From Planctomycetota bacterium (GTDB taxonomy: Bacteria > Planctomycetota > UBA1135 > UBA2386), in assembly GCA_965228735.1 (NCBI GenBank), contig OZ245838.1, forward strand, positions 32,001 through 96,000: a stretch of DNA of 64,000 nt. Direction: 5' to 3'. Of this stretch, positions 19,160-29,030 are shown piece by piece. The translations under genes were made by a program, and so were the position numbers. The notes beneath the pieces are model-generated. The model ran no database searches, was not told the origin of the DNA, and saw only the letters and a program-made list of their open reading frames with translations. How positions within the stretch are numbered: the stretch's first letter is position 1; every line of letters begins with the position of its first letter.

Positions 19160-20182
19160 TCAGTCCGTCGCGTCCCACCCGTGGCGCAACGACGCGAGCG
19201 GCGGCCGCGCGGGGCCGTCCCACGCGAGCCACTCCTCGAGCGCTGCGCGGGCCGTCGGCCATTGCGAGTCGAGCATCGCGAACCATGCCGTGTCGCGGTT
19301 CTTCTGCTTCACGATCAGGTGGGCGCGGAACAGCCCTTCGAACGCGAACCCGAGCCGCTCCGCTGCGCGCCGTGACGCCTGGTTGCGGGCATCGCACTTC
19401 CATTCCACGCGCCGATAGCCGCGGTCGAACGCGGCCTCGAGCAGCAGATAGGCGACCTCCGTGTTGATCGTGGTCCGGTGCGCCTCGAGTCCGTACCAGA
19501 TGTGACCGATCTCGACGCGCCGGTGGGCGGGGGCGATCGCGAGGAACGACGCCATGCCGACCGGGTCACCGCCGGGGCGGCGCCGCACGGTGAAGAACAG
19601 CGGATCGTCCGCCGCCGCGCACTCGGCGAGCCAGGTCGTCATTGCGGCCTCGTCGACGAACGGGCCGTAGCCCATGAACTCCCAGATCGCCTCCCGTTCC
19701 TTGCTGCCGTGCGCGATCGCGAACAGTCGCTCGGCGTCGCGGGCGGGATCGACGCGGTCGAGGCGAACGCCGCGGCCGACGATTCGCTGCCGATCGAGCG
19801 GGCGGGCGCGGCCGGTCGGCGCGGGTTCCGCGGCAGTGTGTTCGGCCAGCTGCTGCAGGCGGGTCAGGGAAGCCGTGACGCCGCGCACGTGCTGCCGGAT
19901 CCAGCGGTCGGCGACCTGTTGGATCGGCGTCGGGTTGAGGTGGTTGTGGCGCGTTCGACCCTGACGGCGAACGAGGATCAGGTTGGCGTCCTGCAACACG
20001 TCGAGGTGCTTCATCACGCCGGTGCGCCCGATGCCGCCCGCCGTTCCGGAGCCCTGCTGTGAGGCCATGGCGAAGTGCTCGCACAGTTCGCCCGTCGTGC
20101 GCGGGCCGGCCGCGAGCACGTCGAGGATCGCGCGCCGCGTCGGGTCCGCGAGCGCCTTCCAGACCGAGTCGCGGCTCGGCAT
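19160..20182 (-). CDS. ArsR/SmtB-type HTH regulator fused to a RimJ/RimL-type GNAT acetyltransferase
   Basis: WKALADPTRRAILDVL..GRTGVMKHLDVL..GRTRHNHLNP, then VEIGHIW, YRRVEWKCDARNQASRRAAERLGFAFEG, NRDTAWF. Confidence 0.85.
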   Translation of the reverse strand: MPSRDSVWKALADPTRRAILDVLAAGPRTTGELCEHFAMASQQGSGTAGGIGRTGVMKHLDVLQDANLILVRRQGRTRHNHLNPTPIQQVADRWIRQHVRGVTASLTRLQQLAEHTAAEPAPTGRARPLDRQRIVGRGVRLDRVDPARDAERLFAIAHGSKEREAIWEFMGYGPFVDEAAMTTWLAECAAADDPLFFTVRRRPGGDPVGMASFLAIAPAHRRVEIGHIWYGLEAHRTTINTEVAYLLLEAAFDRGYRRVEWKCDARNQASRRAAERLGFAFEGLFRAHLIVKQKNRDTAWFAMLDSQWPTARAALEEWLAWDGPARPPLASLRHGWDATD

Positions 20183-20679
20183 CAGCGCGGTGCGTTCTGT
20201 TCGGCGACGGCCTTGAGACCGGTCGAGAACAGCTGCTGCCAGCCCGAACGCATCTCGGCGACCATGCCTTCGGTGAGGTGCCCGTGCAGCGCGTTCGTGA
20301 CGCGCAGCAGGGTGCCGCTGCCCTGTCCGCCGGGGCCGGTCCCGTGATCCTCGAGCTGGAGCAGGAGCGTCGTCTGGCAGGGGCCGCCGAACGGCGGCGC
20401 GACCGTGCCCGCGAGGTTGAGCGACTGCTGGGGCTCGATCGCGAGGACCGTGAACCACAGCAGGCTGCCGCCAGTGGGCGTCTCCTCGACGAGCGCGCCG
20501 CCGGCGCGGCGATCGAGCACGACGCGCGAGTCGGCGCCGAGGCAGCGGTAGTCGCCGATCCACCAGTCGTCCGGGCGGTCGCAGACGAGCTCCCAGACGA
20601 GGTTGCGGGGGGCCTGGATCGGGATCTCGAGCTCGAACTTCGTGGTCGAGGTCGGAGTGAGCGGGGCGTTCTCGGTCAT
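20182..20679 (-). CDS. SRPBCC/AHSA1 domain protein
   Basis: EIPIQAPRNLVWE..LDRRAGG..VLAIEP..GWQQL; coupled to the ArsR gene. Confidence 0.85.
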   Translation of the reverse strand: MTENAPLTPTSTTKFELEIPIQAPRNLVWELVCDRPDDWWIGDYRCLGADSRVVLDRRAGGALVEETPTGGSLLWFTVLAIEPQQSLNLAGTVAPPFGGPCQTTLLLQLEDHGTGPGGQGSGTLLRVTNALHGHLTEGMVAEMRSGWQQLFSTGLKAVAEQNAPR

Positions 20680-20711
20680 GGCGGTGGTCGTGGCTGTGGT
20701 TCCTCGGGTTG

Positions 20712-20737
20712 CACCAGATGTCACCATCTGGTGACAT
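20712..20737. promoter_or_regulatory. Nested palindromic operator, probable ArsR autoregulatory site
   Basis: ATGTCACCA-TC-TGGTGACAT (20718-20737) overlapping CACCAGATG-TCAC-CATCTGGTG (20712-20733). Confidence 0.65.
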
Positions 20738-20802
20738 GACAGTCAACCCCCTTTGCGGGGCCGTCGCCGGAAGATTCGCGAGAACGTGCCGTCAGAGTCG
20801 TC

Positions 20803-21639
20803 ATGCCACGTCATCGTGCCCGTGCTCTCGCCGCGTTCGCCGCCGGAATCGCCGTCATCACGCCGGTTTCGGCCCAGGCCGACGGGACCAGTCCGGCCCG
20901 CCCGGCGCTGACCCTGCCGACGGGTGAGGTCCAGGTCGGGGCGCTCGTCGAGTTGGTCGCCAAGTACGCCAGCTGCAACATCCTCGTCGACCCGGCCGTG
21001 CTGCACGGCGCCCGCCCCTACGACTTCGAGCAGCCGATCGAGGTCCACGAGTCGTCGGCGCTCGAGACGTTGAGTTCGCTGCTCTACGTGCGGCAGTTCG
21101 CGCTGTTGCCGGTGGTCACGGAGAAGCGGGTCTACGAGGTGATCTCGCTCGTGGGGCCGCGGCACGGTGAGCTCGCTGCCGCTGCGATCGAACGGACCGT
21201 CGAGCAGGTTCTCGCGGCGCCGGAGAGCAAGCAGTTCGTGACGGTCGTCATCGAGCTGGAACACGTCAACGCGACCGTCATGACCAACTCGCTCCGGCCG
21301 CTGTTCGCGGCTACGCGCCCGCGCCCGGGTGTGACGGTAGCATCGGTCGGGGACCCGAAGCGGATGGTCATGACCGGGTTTCAGCACCACATCGCGAGCG
21401 CGATCAAGGTCGTGCAGCGCGTCGATCAACCGCGGGTCGACGAGGCGAACGCCGACTCGCGCGCCGCGGCGGACGCGCGGGAGCAGCAGCGCCAGAAGGA
21501 CGTCGCGTTCAAGCTGCTCACCGATCGCCTCGCGCGCCTCGAGAAGCGGCTCGCGCGCATCGAGAAGCTCATCGAGCCGATCGTCGGCAAGGCGGCCGAC
21601 GCGCCGGCGACCAAGGCCGGCAAGGCCCCGCAGAAGTAG
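20803..21639 (+). CDS. Secreted protein with secretin (GspD) N-terminal-like domains and a coiled-coil tail; no secretin barrel
   Basis: Signal ..SAQ; VVIELEHVNATVMTNSLRPL..MVMTGFQHHIASAIKVVQRVDQP. Confidence 0.65.
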   Translation: MPRHRARALAAFAAGIAVITPVSAQADGTSPARPALTLPTGEVQVGALVELVAKYASCNILVDPAVLHGARPYDFEQPIEVHESSALETLSSLLYVRQFALLPVVTEKRVYEVISLVGPRHGELAAAAIERTVEQVLAAPESKQFVTVVIELEHVNATVMTNSLRPLFAATRPRPGVTVASVGDPKRMVMTGFQHHIASAIKVVQRVDQPRVDEANADSRAAADAREQQRQKDVAFKLLTDRLARLEKRLARIEKLIEPIVGKAADAPATKAGKAPQK

Positions 21640-21667
21640 GCCGGGCAAGCGCCGGGCAGCCCTGGGC

Positions 21668-22717
21668 TCAGTCCTTGCGGGCGAGCGCCTCGCCCTGCCG
21701 GACGAACCGTTGCAGGTAGCTCGCGTGCACCGTGATCGTGCGGCGCCCGCGGTTCCACCCGGCGCCGCCGCTGCCCTGTTTGAAGTGCAACGTCACCTGC
21801 GAGTGCCAGTCGAACCGGCGCATGACGTCGCCGAGATGTTGCGCGACGTTGGCCGCGCGGATCTCGGTGCCGAACTCACCATCGAAGTCATCGACGCGTA
21901 TGCGCACCTCCTTGGATGGCTGCCCGGCCGGCATCCAGAGCGGCCGCAGGATCCGGCGCCAGGACCGGTGGATCTCGGCGCCGTAGTCGCACGCCCCGCG
22001 GATCTCGCGATCGAGCATGCCAACAGTGCGGGCAAGCGGCAGGTACTTCTCGCGATCGGCGGCGAGCGCGAGCGCGGCGAGCTGATAGGCCCGCCGCGCG
22101 TCGCTGTTGTGTTCGCCCTTGACGGTCCACTCGTGCCGCGGCCGCTCGCGGGCCTCGAACATCAGTGAGTCGATGCGGGCCTTCAGCACGGGCAGCGCGC
22201 GGTCCTCGGCGTGCGTCACGAGGTAGTGCGTCGCGAACGCGTCGGCGAGCGTCTCCTCGTTGCCGAGGATCGGCAGGTCGAACTCGCGCACGAGCGCGTG
22301 CCCGAGCTCGTGCAGCACGACGTGCTGCATCACGTGGCGCGCGAAGTCCGTCATCTTCAGGTCGATGTGCTCGCCGCCGCCCTCGTGCGTGCAGTTGACG
22401 TGGCGGAAGCGTTCGACCTCGGCCGCGAGGCGGTGCACCTCGATCCCGAACTCCGCGGCCGACTTCTCCAGCAGCTGCTGACTGGTTTCGCAGAGCGGCC
22501 GCGTGCGAGCGAGGAACGCGCGCACCTGCTCGTTCGGCCTGCCGAAGCCGCGCTCGAGCGCGTTCGAGATGATGTCGCGCATCTGTCCGATACGGGACAG
22601 ATCGACGTCGCACTGCGCCGCGGATGCGGCCTTCTCGGTCTGCGCGCAGGTTGGCGCGGTATGCAGGCTGGCTCCGAGAACGGTGGCGAGAACGGTCGCG
22701 GCAGAGCAGTTCGGCAT
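21668..22717 (-). CDS. Secreted putative metallopeptidase (DUF4344-like)
   Basis: LHELGHALVREFDLPILGNEETLADAFA; EHNSDARR. Confidence 0.8.
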   Translation of the reverse strand: MPNCSAATVLATVLGASLHTAPTCAQTEKAASAAQCDVDLSRIGQMRDIISNALERGFGRPNEQVRAFLARTRPLCETSQQLLEKSAAEFGIEVHRLAAEVERFRHVNCTHEGGGEHIDLKMTDFARHVMQHVVLHELGHALVREFDLPILGNEETLADAFATHYLVTHAEDRALPVLKARIDSLMFEARERPRHEWTVKGEHNSDARRAYQLAALALAADREKYLPLARTVGMLDREIRGACDYGAEIHRSWRRILRPLWMPAGQPSKEVRIRVDDFDGEFGTEIRAANVAQHLGDVMRRFDWHSQVTLHFKQGSGGAGWNRGRRTITVHASYLQRFVRQGEALARKD

Positions 22718-22785
22718 CCGAGTATCGTAGCGCGCCGTGCCATGCTCGGCTGATCGCGGGCGACGACATGACGTTGACCGTCGCC

Positions 22786-25700
22786 TCAGCGACGGGTCCA
22801 GAACTGCAGGGAGGTCGGCGCGTGGTAGCGATGGTTGTGGGTCACGAGCTCCCGGCCGTTCGACGAGAAGAAGACGTGACGGAGCGGTTGCTGCAGTGCC
22901 TCGAGAACGACGATCTCGCGGCGACTCCGGGTGTCGAGCACGTGCAGCGCGCGGCCGCGTCCGACGACCATGCGCTCGCCGTCTGGCGAGTACGCGATGT
23001 GACCGTGAACGGGCAGGCGCCAGAGTTCCGTCAACGTGGCGCTCGAGAGCGCGACGGTTTCGAAACGCTGGGGCAGCAAGATCGCGTCTCCGTCTGGCGT
23101 GGGGTAGAGCATCGAGGCTCCAGACCAGATTGGACCGACGGTTGTTTCGGCCAGGGTGACGCCCGATGCGGGATCGAGCCGGCGCAGGTGGCCGCCCTCG
23201 GCTGCGGCATAGAGCTGCCCGTGCGGACCGAACTCGAGAGCGCAGACCCGGTCCTCCAGCGGCTCGTGCCAGAGCACGTCGAGGGTCGCGCCATCGAGCG
23301 CGACCAGGCGCGGTTCGTAGGTGCTGACCACGATTCGGGAACCATCGGGGGACGCGGCGATCGACTGCGCCAGAGCCCCCTCGCACGGCACGTCCAGGTC
23401 GACCTCCCGACGCTCGATGTCGATTCGTCGCAAGTGACGGTCCATACCCGGGACCCAGACATGGTCGCCGCGCATTGCGACCCAGTGCGCCGGGGACGGC
23501 AGCTCGAGTTGGAGAATCGGCTTGCGGGAGTGCAGGTCGAGCACGCCGACCGTGCCATCGGTGGCGACCCACGCGATCCGGTCGGTGGTTGCGTCGTGGG
23601 CGACCTCCCGGCAGTCGTATCCGAGGGCGAACCGTTCGGGTAGTTGCCACGGCCGGCGGTCAAACAGATGCGCATTGCCGTCGATGCCGACCGTGACGAC
23701 CTCGGAGCCATCGGGCGACACGGCCAGACCGTGCACGCCGCCGCGACACGGGGCGTGGTAGCGGCAGAGCGCTTCGCCGGTTTCGAAGCTCCATGCGCCC
23801 GCCATCGGCGTCTCGAACCCGCCTGCGACCAGCAGCGACGTGCCGTCGTTCACGAACTCCTGGGCTGAGCCCGTCAGGTGATCCAGCGCGCGCAGTTGCC
23901 CGGTCTCGACATCCCAGAAGATGAGGCGTTCGAGCAGGTCGGCACTCACGAGGGTGTTCGTTCGCTCGTCATGCGCCATTTTCTCGTAGGCCGCCGGCGT
24001 CATGGTTGGCGGCAGTGCGAAGGTCGGGCCGATGGGGGTGCCGTCACGCCCAAGACGCAGCAGGCGGCCGTTCTCGGTGCCGACGAACACGCTGTCGCCC
24101 GTGTGGTCGAGCTGCAGCCCGGTGATGCGGAGGTCCGGTAGCTCGAGGTGGTGCGGCTCGCCTGCGTCGGTGGCAGGGTCGACCGAGCCCCAATAGAGCC
24201 CGCGATGGTCGAGGGAGAACGCGTAGCACCGGCCGTCGCCCGAAACGGTGAACGTGTGGTTCATCGTGCCCGAGAAGCGCATGAGTTCCCGGAGCTCCTC
24301 GTTCGTCCGTAGATCCATCACCACGAGTCGCCCAGGCTTGCCGTGCGCGATGAGTGCCAGGTTCCCCCCGAGGCCTGCGAAACCGGCGATCGGTGAGGCG
24401 CCGATTGCAGGTGAGTGCCGGGCTTCTTCAGTTGCGGGGTCCCACAGCCAGATGCCACCACGATGGGCGGCGACCGCGACCAGGCCACACTCGAGCCAGG
24501 CGGCGCCCTGCCAGAGGTCGTGCGCTTCGCGTAGTCGCACCGACTTCCGCGATAGATCCAGACTGCCGCGCAACAGGTCGTACTCCCAGCCGCGCAGCTT
24601 CTCGGGAGTGGCATCGAGGTTACGGTGCGCGACCTGGACATGGCCCTGAATGCGCGCCAGATTCGCGGCGGTCAACTGCGCGTTGTAGCTCTCCTGCCGG
24701 GCTGCCTCCTCGAGCTCGTTCGCGTCGTCTCGGGCGGCTGAGACCTCGATCAGGCCCCACGTCAGCGCGGCGCCGCCGCCGGCAATCGCCGTCACGATCA
24801 GAATGGTCGCGGCGACCACGAGCCGGTGCCGTTGCGCGAACTTTCGAAGCAGGTAGCCGGTCGACGGTCGGTGGACCTTGATCGGTAGGTGCTCGAGGAA
24901 ACGGTTGAGGTCGTCGGCGAGCGCTTCGGCCGACGAGTATCGTTGCTCGCGATCGCGGGCGAGCGCGTGCAGCCCGATCCGATCGAGGTCGCCACGAAGG
25001 CGCGCGGTGAGGCGCTGGGGTGTCGTCCTGAGTCGTTCGGCTGCCGCCCCGGCAGCATCTCCGAGATCGAGCAAGGTCTGACTCGAGGCGCGCGGTTCCT
25101 CGTCACGCACGCGGCGCAGGGCCTCGGTCAACGACGCCGATCGGAGCCGTTCCTTGCCGAGCGGCACGTCACCGGTGAGCAGCTCGTGGAGCATCAGCCC
25201 GAGGGCGTAGATGTCCGTGCGAACGTCGATCGTGGCACCCGCTGCCTGCTCGGGGCTGGTGTAGCCTGGTGTGCCGAGGAACCCACCTTCGACCGTCGCC
25301 GCAAGGCCGGGGTCGAGGTCCGGGTCCAGGGCCTTGGCGAGTCCGAAGTCGATGATCTTCGGCCGCGGATTCGTGGGTGGCCCGCTCACCAGGACGTTCC
25401 CGGGCTTGAGATCGCGGTGCACGATGCTGCGTTGGTGGGCATGCGTCATGGCCTCGCACAGGACCATGACGAGCCGAATGCGGGCCTCGAGATCGAGGCG
25501 ATGCTGGTCGCAGTATTCCGTGATCGGCACGCCCGACACGAGCTCCATGGCAAGGAACGGACGGTCGTCGGCCGTGACACCGGCGTCGTAGACCTGGGCG
25601 ATGGCCGGATGCAGCAGGGCACCGAGCGCGCGCCGTTCGCCCGCGAACCGAGCGCGCGCGCGGTCGTCGAGTCGGCTCGTGTGCAGGGCCTTGAGCGCGA

Positions 25701-26100
25701 CCTCGCGTTCGACGGGATACAGCTGCCGGGCGCGAAACACGGTCCCGAACCCGCCGCTGCCGAGCTCACTCAGCAGCTCATAGCCGACGACCGTCGGGCG
25801 TTCCGTTGGCTCGTCGATCTCGTCGCTGACGCTGCCGATCAGCTGGTCGGCCTGCTCCAGCCGGCCGAACAGGGCGCGGATGGGTTCGGCGAGCGTTGCG
25901 TGATCGGTCGCGATCTGCGCGATCGCATCCGCGCGGTCGCCACTCCGCATCGTGAACCAGATCTCGTAGCAGCGTTGCTCGACCGAGCTCGGGAGGTCGA
26001 GCTCGGCGGACTCGTGTTCGCCTGTGGGCATGGCAGGCGCCCGAGTGTAGCGCCTCCGAACGCGCTCGCCTGCGCGCCCCCCGATGTCCTGCTCGGTCAC
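22786..26100 (-). CDS. Hanks-type Ser/Thr kinase with a TM segment and WD40/PQQ-like beta-propeller
   Basis: LGSGGFG, VALK, HRDLKPGN, IDFGLAK, GTPGYTSPEQ, LRGDLD; GTGA overlap with the upstream ECF. Confidence 0.92.
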   Translation of the reverse strand: MTEQDIGGRAGERVRRRYTRAPAMPTGEHESAELDLPSSVEQRCYEIWFTMRSGDRADAIAQIATDHATLAEPIRALFGRLEQADQLIGSVSDEIDEPTERPTVVGYELLSELGSGGFGTVFRARQLYPVEREVALKALHTSRLDDRARARFAGERRALGALLHPAIAQVYDAGVTADDRPFLAMELVSGVPITEYCDQHRLDLEARIRLVMVLCEAMTHAHQRSIVHRDLKPGNVLVSGPPTNPRPKIIDFGLAKALDPDLDPGLAATVEGGFLGTPGYTSPEQAAGATIDVRTDIYALGLMLHELLTGDVPLGKERLRSASLTEALRRVRDEEPRASSQTLLDLGDAAGAAAERLRTTPQRLTARLRGDLDRIGLHALARDREQRYSSAEALADDLNRFLEHLPIKVHRPSTGYLLRKFAQRHRLVVAATILIVTAIAGGGAALTWGLIEVSAARDDANELEEAARQESYNAQLTAANLARIQGHVQVAHRNLDATPEKLRGWEYDLLRGSLDLSRKSVRLREAHDLWQGAAWLECGLVAVAAHRGGIWLWDPATEEARHSPAIGASPIAGFAGLGGNLALIAHGKPGRLVVMDLRTNEELRELMRFSGTMNHTFTVSGDGRCYAFSLDHRGLYWGSVDPATDAGEPHHLELPDLRITGLQLDHTGDSVFVGTENGRLLRLGRDGTPIGPTFALPPTMTPAAYEKMAHDERTNTLVSADLLERLIFWDVETGQLRALDHLTGSAQEFVNDGTSLLVAGGFETPMAGAWSFETGEALCRYHAPCRGGVHGLAVSPDGSEVVTVGIDGNAHLFDRRPWQLPERFALGYDCREVAHDATTDRIAWVATDGTVGVLDLHSRKPILQLELPSPAHWVAMRGDHVWVPGMDRHLRRIDIERREVDLDVPCEGALAQSIAASPDGSRIVVSTYEPRLVALDGATLDVLWHEPLEDRVCALEFGPHGQLYAAAEGGHLRRLDPASGVTLAETTVGPIWSGASMLYPTPDGDAILLPQRFETVALSSATLTELWRLPVHGHIAYSPDGERMVVGRGRALHVLDTRSRREIVVLEALQQPLRHVFFSSNGRELVTHNHRYHAPTSLQFWTRR

Positions 26101-26693
26101 GGGGTCCTTCGTCGCCCGTCCGGTTCGCCGCGATCGCAGGCCGTCGCGAGGCGGCTCATCGCACGACCGAGCCGCATCCTGGCGGCGTCGGGCGACACTC
26201 CGAGTTCCGCTGCGAGCTCGGTGTGATCGAGCCCGGCGAACCGGTTGAGCAGGATCACCTCCTGCTCGTCGGAGCGCAGCTGACCGAACGCGTGGTTGAA
26301 GCGATCGAGCTCCTCGCGGCCGATTGCGTGACGGCTCGGCGACAACACGTAGGCCGCGGCTTCGGCATCGAATGAGGGTTGCTCACGTTTCGGGGTCCGA
26401 CACTCGCGGTGCCGATAGCGATGGCGCGCGCGGATCTTGTTGAGCGCACACGTAAAGAGCCAACGCAGGAACGCGCCGCGTCCGCGGTATTCGAATCCCT
26501 GTCGAATGTCCTCGATGAGCTCGCGCGAAACCGATTGCGCGAGGTCATCGATCGACTCGTGCGCGCGCAGCTCGGCGCCCATGTGCACACGCAGGTAGGC
26601 CCGCAGTCGCGGCATGCTCTCGACGACGAGGTTCTCCAGCCCGCTGGAATCGGGCGGTGGCGTTCCGGGTGCGTCGGGATTCGAGTCCTGCAT
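26097..26693 (-). CDS. ECF sigma factor coupled to the kinase
   Basis: RLRAYLRVHMG..ESIDDLAQSV..FLRWL..SPSRHA..AARMRLGRA; start may be 26714. Confidence 0.88.
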   Translation of the reverse strand: MQDSNPDAPGTPPPDSSGLENLVVESMPRLRAYLRVHMGAELRAHESIDDLAQSVSRELIEDIRQGFEYRGRGAFLRWLFTCALNKIRARHRYRHRECRTPKREQPSFDAEAAAYVLSPSRHAIGREELDRFNHAFGQLRSDEQEVILLNRFAGLDHTELAAELGVSPDAARMRLGRAMSRLATACDRGEPDGRRRTP

Positions 26694-26778
26694 CGTGGCG
26701 TCGGGGCCGGCCACGGTCCGTCGTGGCCGGGCACTCGATGGATCGTAGCGGTGCGGCGGCGCGGGCGAGCGATCCGGT

Positions 26779-29019
26779 TCAGTTGGTGACCGTGCCGCGC
26801 AGCCGGTTGGAGAACGACACCTCCGCCGTGGTGGGGATGAGCCCGCACGGGTTGGAGCCGCTCACGAACGAAGCCCATTGGGTGTAGATCTCGAGGTTCT
26901 GGAACGACGGATCGCACGGGATCGCGAGCGGGTAGGACGCGGTGCCGCCCCCGCTGGCCACCGTGAACAGGTAGCTGTTCTGGCTGTTGAACGTGCAGGG
27001 GCCGCATGTCTGGGTGGCATCGGCGAACTGGATGCTCGCGAACACGAGCGTGGAGCTTGCCCCGGACAGCACGAGAAACAGCCGGGAGTTGCCGAGCGCG
27101 ACCTGACTGCTGAACGAGTTGGTGCCGCCGTTGCCGCACGCTCCGCCGAGGTCCGTCACGGGGCCGCCTCGGAACGCCGAATAGCGTTGCACGAGGACCG
27201 CGCCGTCGAACAACGGTCCCGTCGCCGCGAAGTCCGCCCAGGTGATCAGCGCGTCGTCAGCGAAGTTCGGGCCGCCCGTGGAGCCACCGTGGTAGCGCGC
27301 ACCGATCTCGGGCCGGCGATCGAACAGACTCCCGAGCCCGCTCGACGTCTCGCGGACGCCGCACGCCTGACAGTTGGTCGGGTCGATCTCGATCGTCGCG
27401 ATGTCCGATGCGACGACCCAGGCAACGACGTACTTGAGACCGAGGAACCCGACCGCTGGCTCGACCTCATCGAAGTTGGGGGCGTTTCCGACCGGCACCT
27501 CACCGACCGTGTTGACGAGTGTCGACCCGTTCCAGCGGACTCCGCGACAGTAGATGTCGTGCACGTTGGTGCCGGAACTTTCCTCGCGCTCGTAGACGAC
27601 CACGAAGTCGGTGCCGTCGCCGTCGATGTCGGGCTCGGACTCGTTCCGGCTCGTGGTGATCGCGATGTTGTGAAGCGGGTCGAGGAGGTTGAGGTTGTGA
27701 TCGACGAGGGCGACGACCACGTTGCGGTCGCCGAAGGCCTCGAGATCCCAGGCGATCGCGTACCGACGGTCGTCGCCGCCGCTCTTGGTGATGGCCGGGT
27801 TGCGCGCGAGACTCTGGCCGCCGTAGACCGCGACCGGCACGCCGGCCGTGCTGTTCTGCGTGTTCACCACGACGGCCCCGATCCCGCCGCCGGTATCGGC
27901 GAACGTGACGATGGCGTTGCTCCCCGCGGTCGTGCGTTCGCCGCCTGCATCGGGCGTCATCTCGCTGTCGCCGCCGGTCGGCGTGACATCGAAGATCGGT
28001 CCGCGGTTGCCGGAGCCGGCTTCGACGAACCGTCCCCGGATGTTCCAGGGGCCGAACGGCGTGCCGCCGTCCTGGTAGGCGACGAAGAAGCGGTCGTTGA
28101 GGTTGACGTTCGCGACAGTCGGGTTGATCTCGTTCCCCGACTCGAAGCTGACGTTGATCAGGTTCCCGATCGCGCTGCCCGCGAGGTCGTAACGTTGACC
28201 GCGAACGTCGATGTCGAGGGCGGAGAACCGCTCCTCCCACACGGCCAGGAACACGCCGACCGACTCGTCCCAGGCAACGTCTGGATCGGCGGCGGCAGTG
28301 GATGCAGCCACGATGTGGGGGCCGACGAGCGGGTCGAGCACGAGCGGATACGCTGCGGTCTCGATGAAGTGCTCCGGCAGGACGAAGCGCAGGAGGTCGG
28401 CTTCGAGCGAGAGGTGACCGTCGACGCTACGCCCGGTCGCGTCGATGCCCGTGACCGCGCCGACACGGATGCCGCCGAGCCCTTCGGCGGTGAAGACGAG
28501 GCCGTCATCGATCGCGGTGGGGTCGAGCGCGAGTTCTGTCGTGAGACGGCACTCGACAACGAGGTCGCCCTCGCCCGGTGGTCGGTTCGCGAACACGAAC
28601 TCCTGCTTGAGTCCGCCGACGCCTGCGGTCCAGGTTTCGAGGATGCTCGCGCTCCGCGAGTAACTGGCGACGTGGCCGTCCAGGGTCGGGCGTCCGGCGG
28701 TTTCGAGGTTCGAGAGCATGCCGGTGCCGCGCCGGATGGTCTGCAGCCCGACGTGGAACAGGTAGTTCCGCGTCGCGTGCGGCCCGAGTGCGGGAGTGCA
28801 CGCCACGCCGGAGTGGTCGAGCTCGGCCTTGTAGCGTGGACCGGATGCGCGCAGGCCACCGGCCGTGCGCTCCATCACGAAGCCGGTGTTGATTGCCGCT
28901 GCCGCGAGAGCGGTGCTGGCAACATGCGCCGCGGGCGCTGGTGCCTGCTGCGCGGTGACGCGGCCGCACGTCAATGCGAGACCGCCGGCGAGAACGAGAC
29001 TGAGTTGGTAGGTGTTCAT
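26779..29019 (-). CDS. Secreted beta-rich surface protein with the shared C-terminal domain
   Basis: Signal MNTYQLSLVLAGGLAL..AQ; paralogue of the next gene (GLKQEFVF, GIRVGAVTGIDATG, YPLVLDP, EPDIDGDG). Confidence 0.85.
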   Translation of the reverse strand: MNTYQLSLVLAGGLALTCGRVTAQQAPAPAAHVASTALAAAAINTGFVMERTAGGLRASGPRYKAELDHSGVACTPALGPHATRNYLFHVGLQTIRRGTGMLSNLETAGRPTLDGHVASYSRSASILETWTAGVGGLKQEFVFANRPPGEGDLVVECRLTTELALDPTAIDDGLVFTAEGLGGIRVGAVTGIDATGRSVDGHLSLEADLLRFVLPEHFIETAAYPLVLDPLVGPHIVAASTAAADPDVAWDESVGVFLAVWEERFSALDIDVRGQRYDLAGSAIGNLINVSFESGNEINPTVANVNLNDRFFVAYQDGGTPFGPWNIRGRFVEAGSGNRGPIFDVTPTGGDSEMTPDAGGERTTAGSNAIVTFADTGGGIGAVVVNTQNSTAGVPVAVYGGQSLARNPAITKSGGDDRRYAIAWDLEAFGDRNVVVALVDHNLNLLDPLHNIAITTSRNESEPDIDGDGTDFVVVYEREESSGTNVHDIYCRGVRWNGSTLVNTVGEVPVGNAPNFDEVEPAVGFLGLKYVVAWVVASDIATIEIDPTNCQACGVRETSSGLGSLFDRRPEIGARYHGGSTGGPNFADDALITWADFAATGPLFDGAVLVQRYSAFRGGPVTDLGGACGNGGTNSFSSQVALGNSRLFLVLSGASSTLVFASIQFADATQTCGPCTFNSQNSYLFTVASGGGTASYPLAIPCDPSFQNLEIYTQWASFVSGSNPCGLIPTTAEVSFSNRLRGTVTN

Positions 29020-29030
29020 CGGAGGCTGCC

